A stretch of DNA of 64,000 bases from Squalus acanthias (Eukaryota). The position numbers and the translations under genes were made by a program. The DNA is taken from positions 2,916,001 through 2,980,000 of the forward strand of contig JASTWF010000036.1 in the NCBI GenBank assembly GCA_030390025.1, given 5' to 3'. Below the pieces are notes generated by a model. It saw nothing but the letters and a program-made list of their open reading frames with translations. It did not search any database and was not told where the DNA came from. Shown piece by piece: positions 61,563 to 64,000 of the stretch; within the stretch, counting starts at the first letter, position 1, and the number at the start of each line of letters is the position of its first letter.

Positions 61563-62216
61563 GGACCTGAAATTGCGGTCGGAGGCTTCCCGTGGGCGAA
61601 TGCCTCTAAACCACAAGTAAACTCCGCACCTACCTGATGGCCCCAGACCTACAAAGACTTGAGCTCCTGGGCCTGCGGACGTATGCCTGTGTAAAGGCCC
61701 ATGTATCCCAGGGGCGCAGGCGGTTCACAAGTGTCCCTGGGATCACATGGGCCGGCCCAACCAATCACACTTACGTACGGAATCTCCATAAGCATAATAG
61801 GAATCACACAAAAAACATGCTTTCACACAACCTAAATAAAAATAAATCATCACATGTTTAAAATGAATTAAAATACAATTTCATTAAACATTTAAAACAA
61901 AAATTGAATTTTTTGAAAAATAAATTGAAACATTTTTAATGTGGCCAAAAATAACCTAAACTAATTTTAAAGGTTTTTTGAATGTTTAAATGCTTTTACC
62001 AGGCGTAAGAGTTTCGTGGGCATTCGCTGGGCAGTAGTTGGGCAAATAGTCTAACTCTCCGCCAGCAAATGTCCATTTCCTGCACATTCATACGATCTGT
62101 CAAGCGGAAACTTGACAGCTCGCAAGCTCCGGGTTTTCGCGCCTGCGCATCGGATGCATAAACCCGGAACTTGCGGGGCACTTATGACCGCACATAGGCC
62201 CCAGAAAATCCGGGCC
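61563..62216. mobile_element. Harbinger-type MITE
   Basis: TIR GGACCTGAAATT / AAAATCCGGGCC, perfect 3-bp TSD AAT; internally similar to 41189-41846. Confidence 0.85.
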
Positions 62217-62239
62217 AATATTTTTCATTTATTCCAATA

Positions 62240-64000
62240 GTATTGTGAAATTAGTAACAATACTGTGGAGGAGGAATTCCTGGAGTGTTTACGGGATGGT
62301 TTCCTGGACTAATATGTCGAGGAACCAACCAGAGAGCAGGCCATCTTAGACTGGGTATTATGTAATGAGAAAGGATTAATTAGCAATCTTGTTGTACGAG
62401 GCCCCTTGGGTCGGAACGATCATAATATGATAGAATTCTTCATTAAGATGGAGAGTGAAGTAGTTGACTCAGAGACTAGGGTCCTGAATTTAAATACAGG
62501 AAACTACGATGGTATGAGGCGCGAGTTGGGTAGGATTGATTGGGGAATGTCACTCAAAGGGTTGACGGTGGATAGGCAATGGCAAACATTCAAAGACCGC
62601 ATGGATGAACTACAGAATTTGTTCATCCCAGTTTGGCATAAGAATAAAACAAAAAAGGTGACTCAACCGTGGCTAACAAGGGAAATTAGGGATAGCATAA
62701 GATCCAAGGAGAGGACATATAAATTGGCCAGAAAAAGCAGTAAACCTGAGGATTGGGAGCAGTTTAGGATTCAACAAAGGAGGACAAAGGGATTAATTAA
62801 AAAGGGGAAAATAGAATATGAGAGTAAGCTTTCAGGGAACATAAAAACTGACTGTAAAAGCTTTTATAGATATGTGAAGAGAAAAAGATTGGTGAAGTCA
62901 AGCGTAGGTCCCTTGCAGTCAGAATCAGGGGAACTTATAATGGGGACCAAAGAAATGGCAGACCAATTAAATACATATTTGGTTCTGTCTTCACAAAGGA
63001 GGACACAAATAACCTCCCAGAGATGTCGGGGAACATAGGGTCTGATGAAAGGGAGGAACTGAAAGAAATCAATATTTGTAGGGAAATGGTGTTAGGGAAA
63101 TTGGCGGGATTGAAGGCCGATAAATCCCCAGGGCCTGATAATCTACATCCTAGGGTACTTAAGGAAGTGGCCCTAGAAATAATAGATGCATTGCTGATCA
63201 TCTTCCAACATTCGATGGAATCTGGAACAATACCCATGGATTGGAGGGTAGCTAATGTTACCCCACTATTCAAAAAAGGTGGTAGAGAGAAAACGGGGAA
63301 TTACAGACCGGTAAGCCTGACATCGGTAGTGGGGAAAATGCTAGAGTCCATCATAAAAGATGTAATAGCAGAGCACTTGGAAAACAGTGACAGGATCGGA
63401 CAAAGTCAACATGGATTTACAAAAGGTAAATCGTGGTTGGCTAATCTACTGGAATTGTTTGAGGATGTAACTGGTAAAATAGATAAGGGAGAACCAGTGG
63501 ATGTGGTGTATTTGGACTTTCAAAAGGCTTCGATAAGGTCTCGCATAAGAGATTAGCATGTAAAGTTAAGGCACATGGGATTGGGGGCAAGATATTGACT
63601 TGGATAGAGAACTGGTTGGCAGACAGAAAGCAAAGAGTTGGAATAAACGGGTCTTTTTCCAAGTGGCAGGCAGTGACTAGTGGGGTACCGCAGGGATCGG
63701 TCCTTGGACCCCAGCTATTCACAATATATATTAATGATCTAGACAAGGGAACTAGATGTAATATCTCCAAGTTTGCAGACGACACAAAGCTGGGTGGGCG
63801 TGTGTGCTGTGAGGAGGATGCCGAGAAACTCCAGGATGATTTGGACAGGTTGGGTGATTGGGCAGAAGCATGGCAGATGCAATATAACGTGGATAAATGC
63901 GAGGTTATCCACTTTGGTGTCAAAAACAGGAAGGCAGATTATTATCTAAATGGCAATAGATTGGGAGAAGGTGAAGTGCAACGAGACCTGGGTGTCCTTG
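62240..64000 (+). mobile_element. CR1 ORF2 fragment (runs off the window)
   Basis: GRNDHNMIEF, NYRPVSLTS, DFQKA, GVPQGS, KFADD; frameshifts. Confidence 0.93.

Overview
Eukaryotic, repeat-saturated genomic DNA, most likely from a cartilaginous fish (shark/ray). The evidence is a HE1/V-SINE, several SacSINE1/DeuSINE-type copies, and abundant CR1, L2, RTE and Penelope elements. No host gene is confidently identifiable; there is one weak candidate exon at 20-152 on the minus strand. Two degraded two-gene PIF/Harbinger transposons (Myb/SANT gene plus convergent DDE transposase) lie at about 9.3-16.6 kb and 48.2-52.3 kb, with a third transposase relic and several Harbinger-type MITEs. Also present: a full-length CR1 with an intact esterase ORF1, a fragmented minus-strand LTR element (LTR, PBS, gag with PTAP) broken by three insertions, a solo LTR, Penelope fragments with five recognisable minimal hammerhead ribozymes, and 35-bp and 31-bp minisatellites. 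The most unusual feature is a 3.3-kb single-ORF APE-RT LINE (11699-14989). It starts with a tRNA-derived A-box/B-box head, lacks ORF1 and an in-frame AUG, has no TTTT on its sense strand until a terminal T10, and is a candidate Pol III-transcribed autonomous retrotransposon. Family names come from recognition by eye, not database searches, and many boundaries are approximate.
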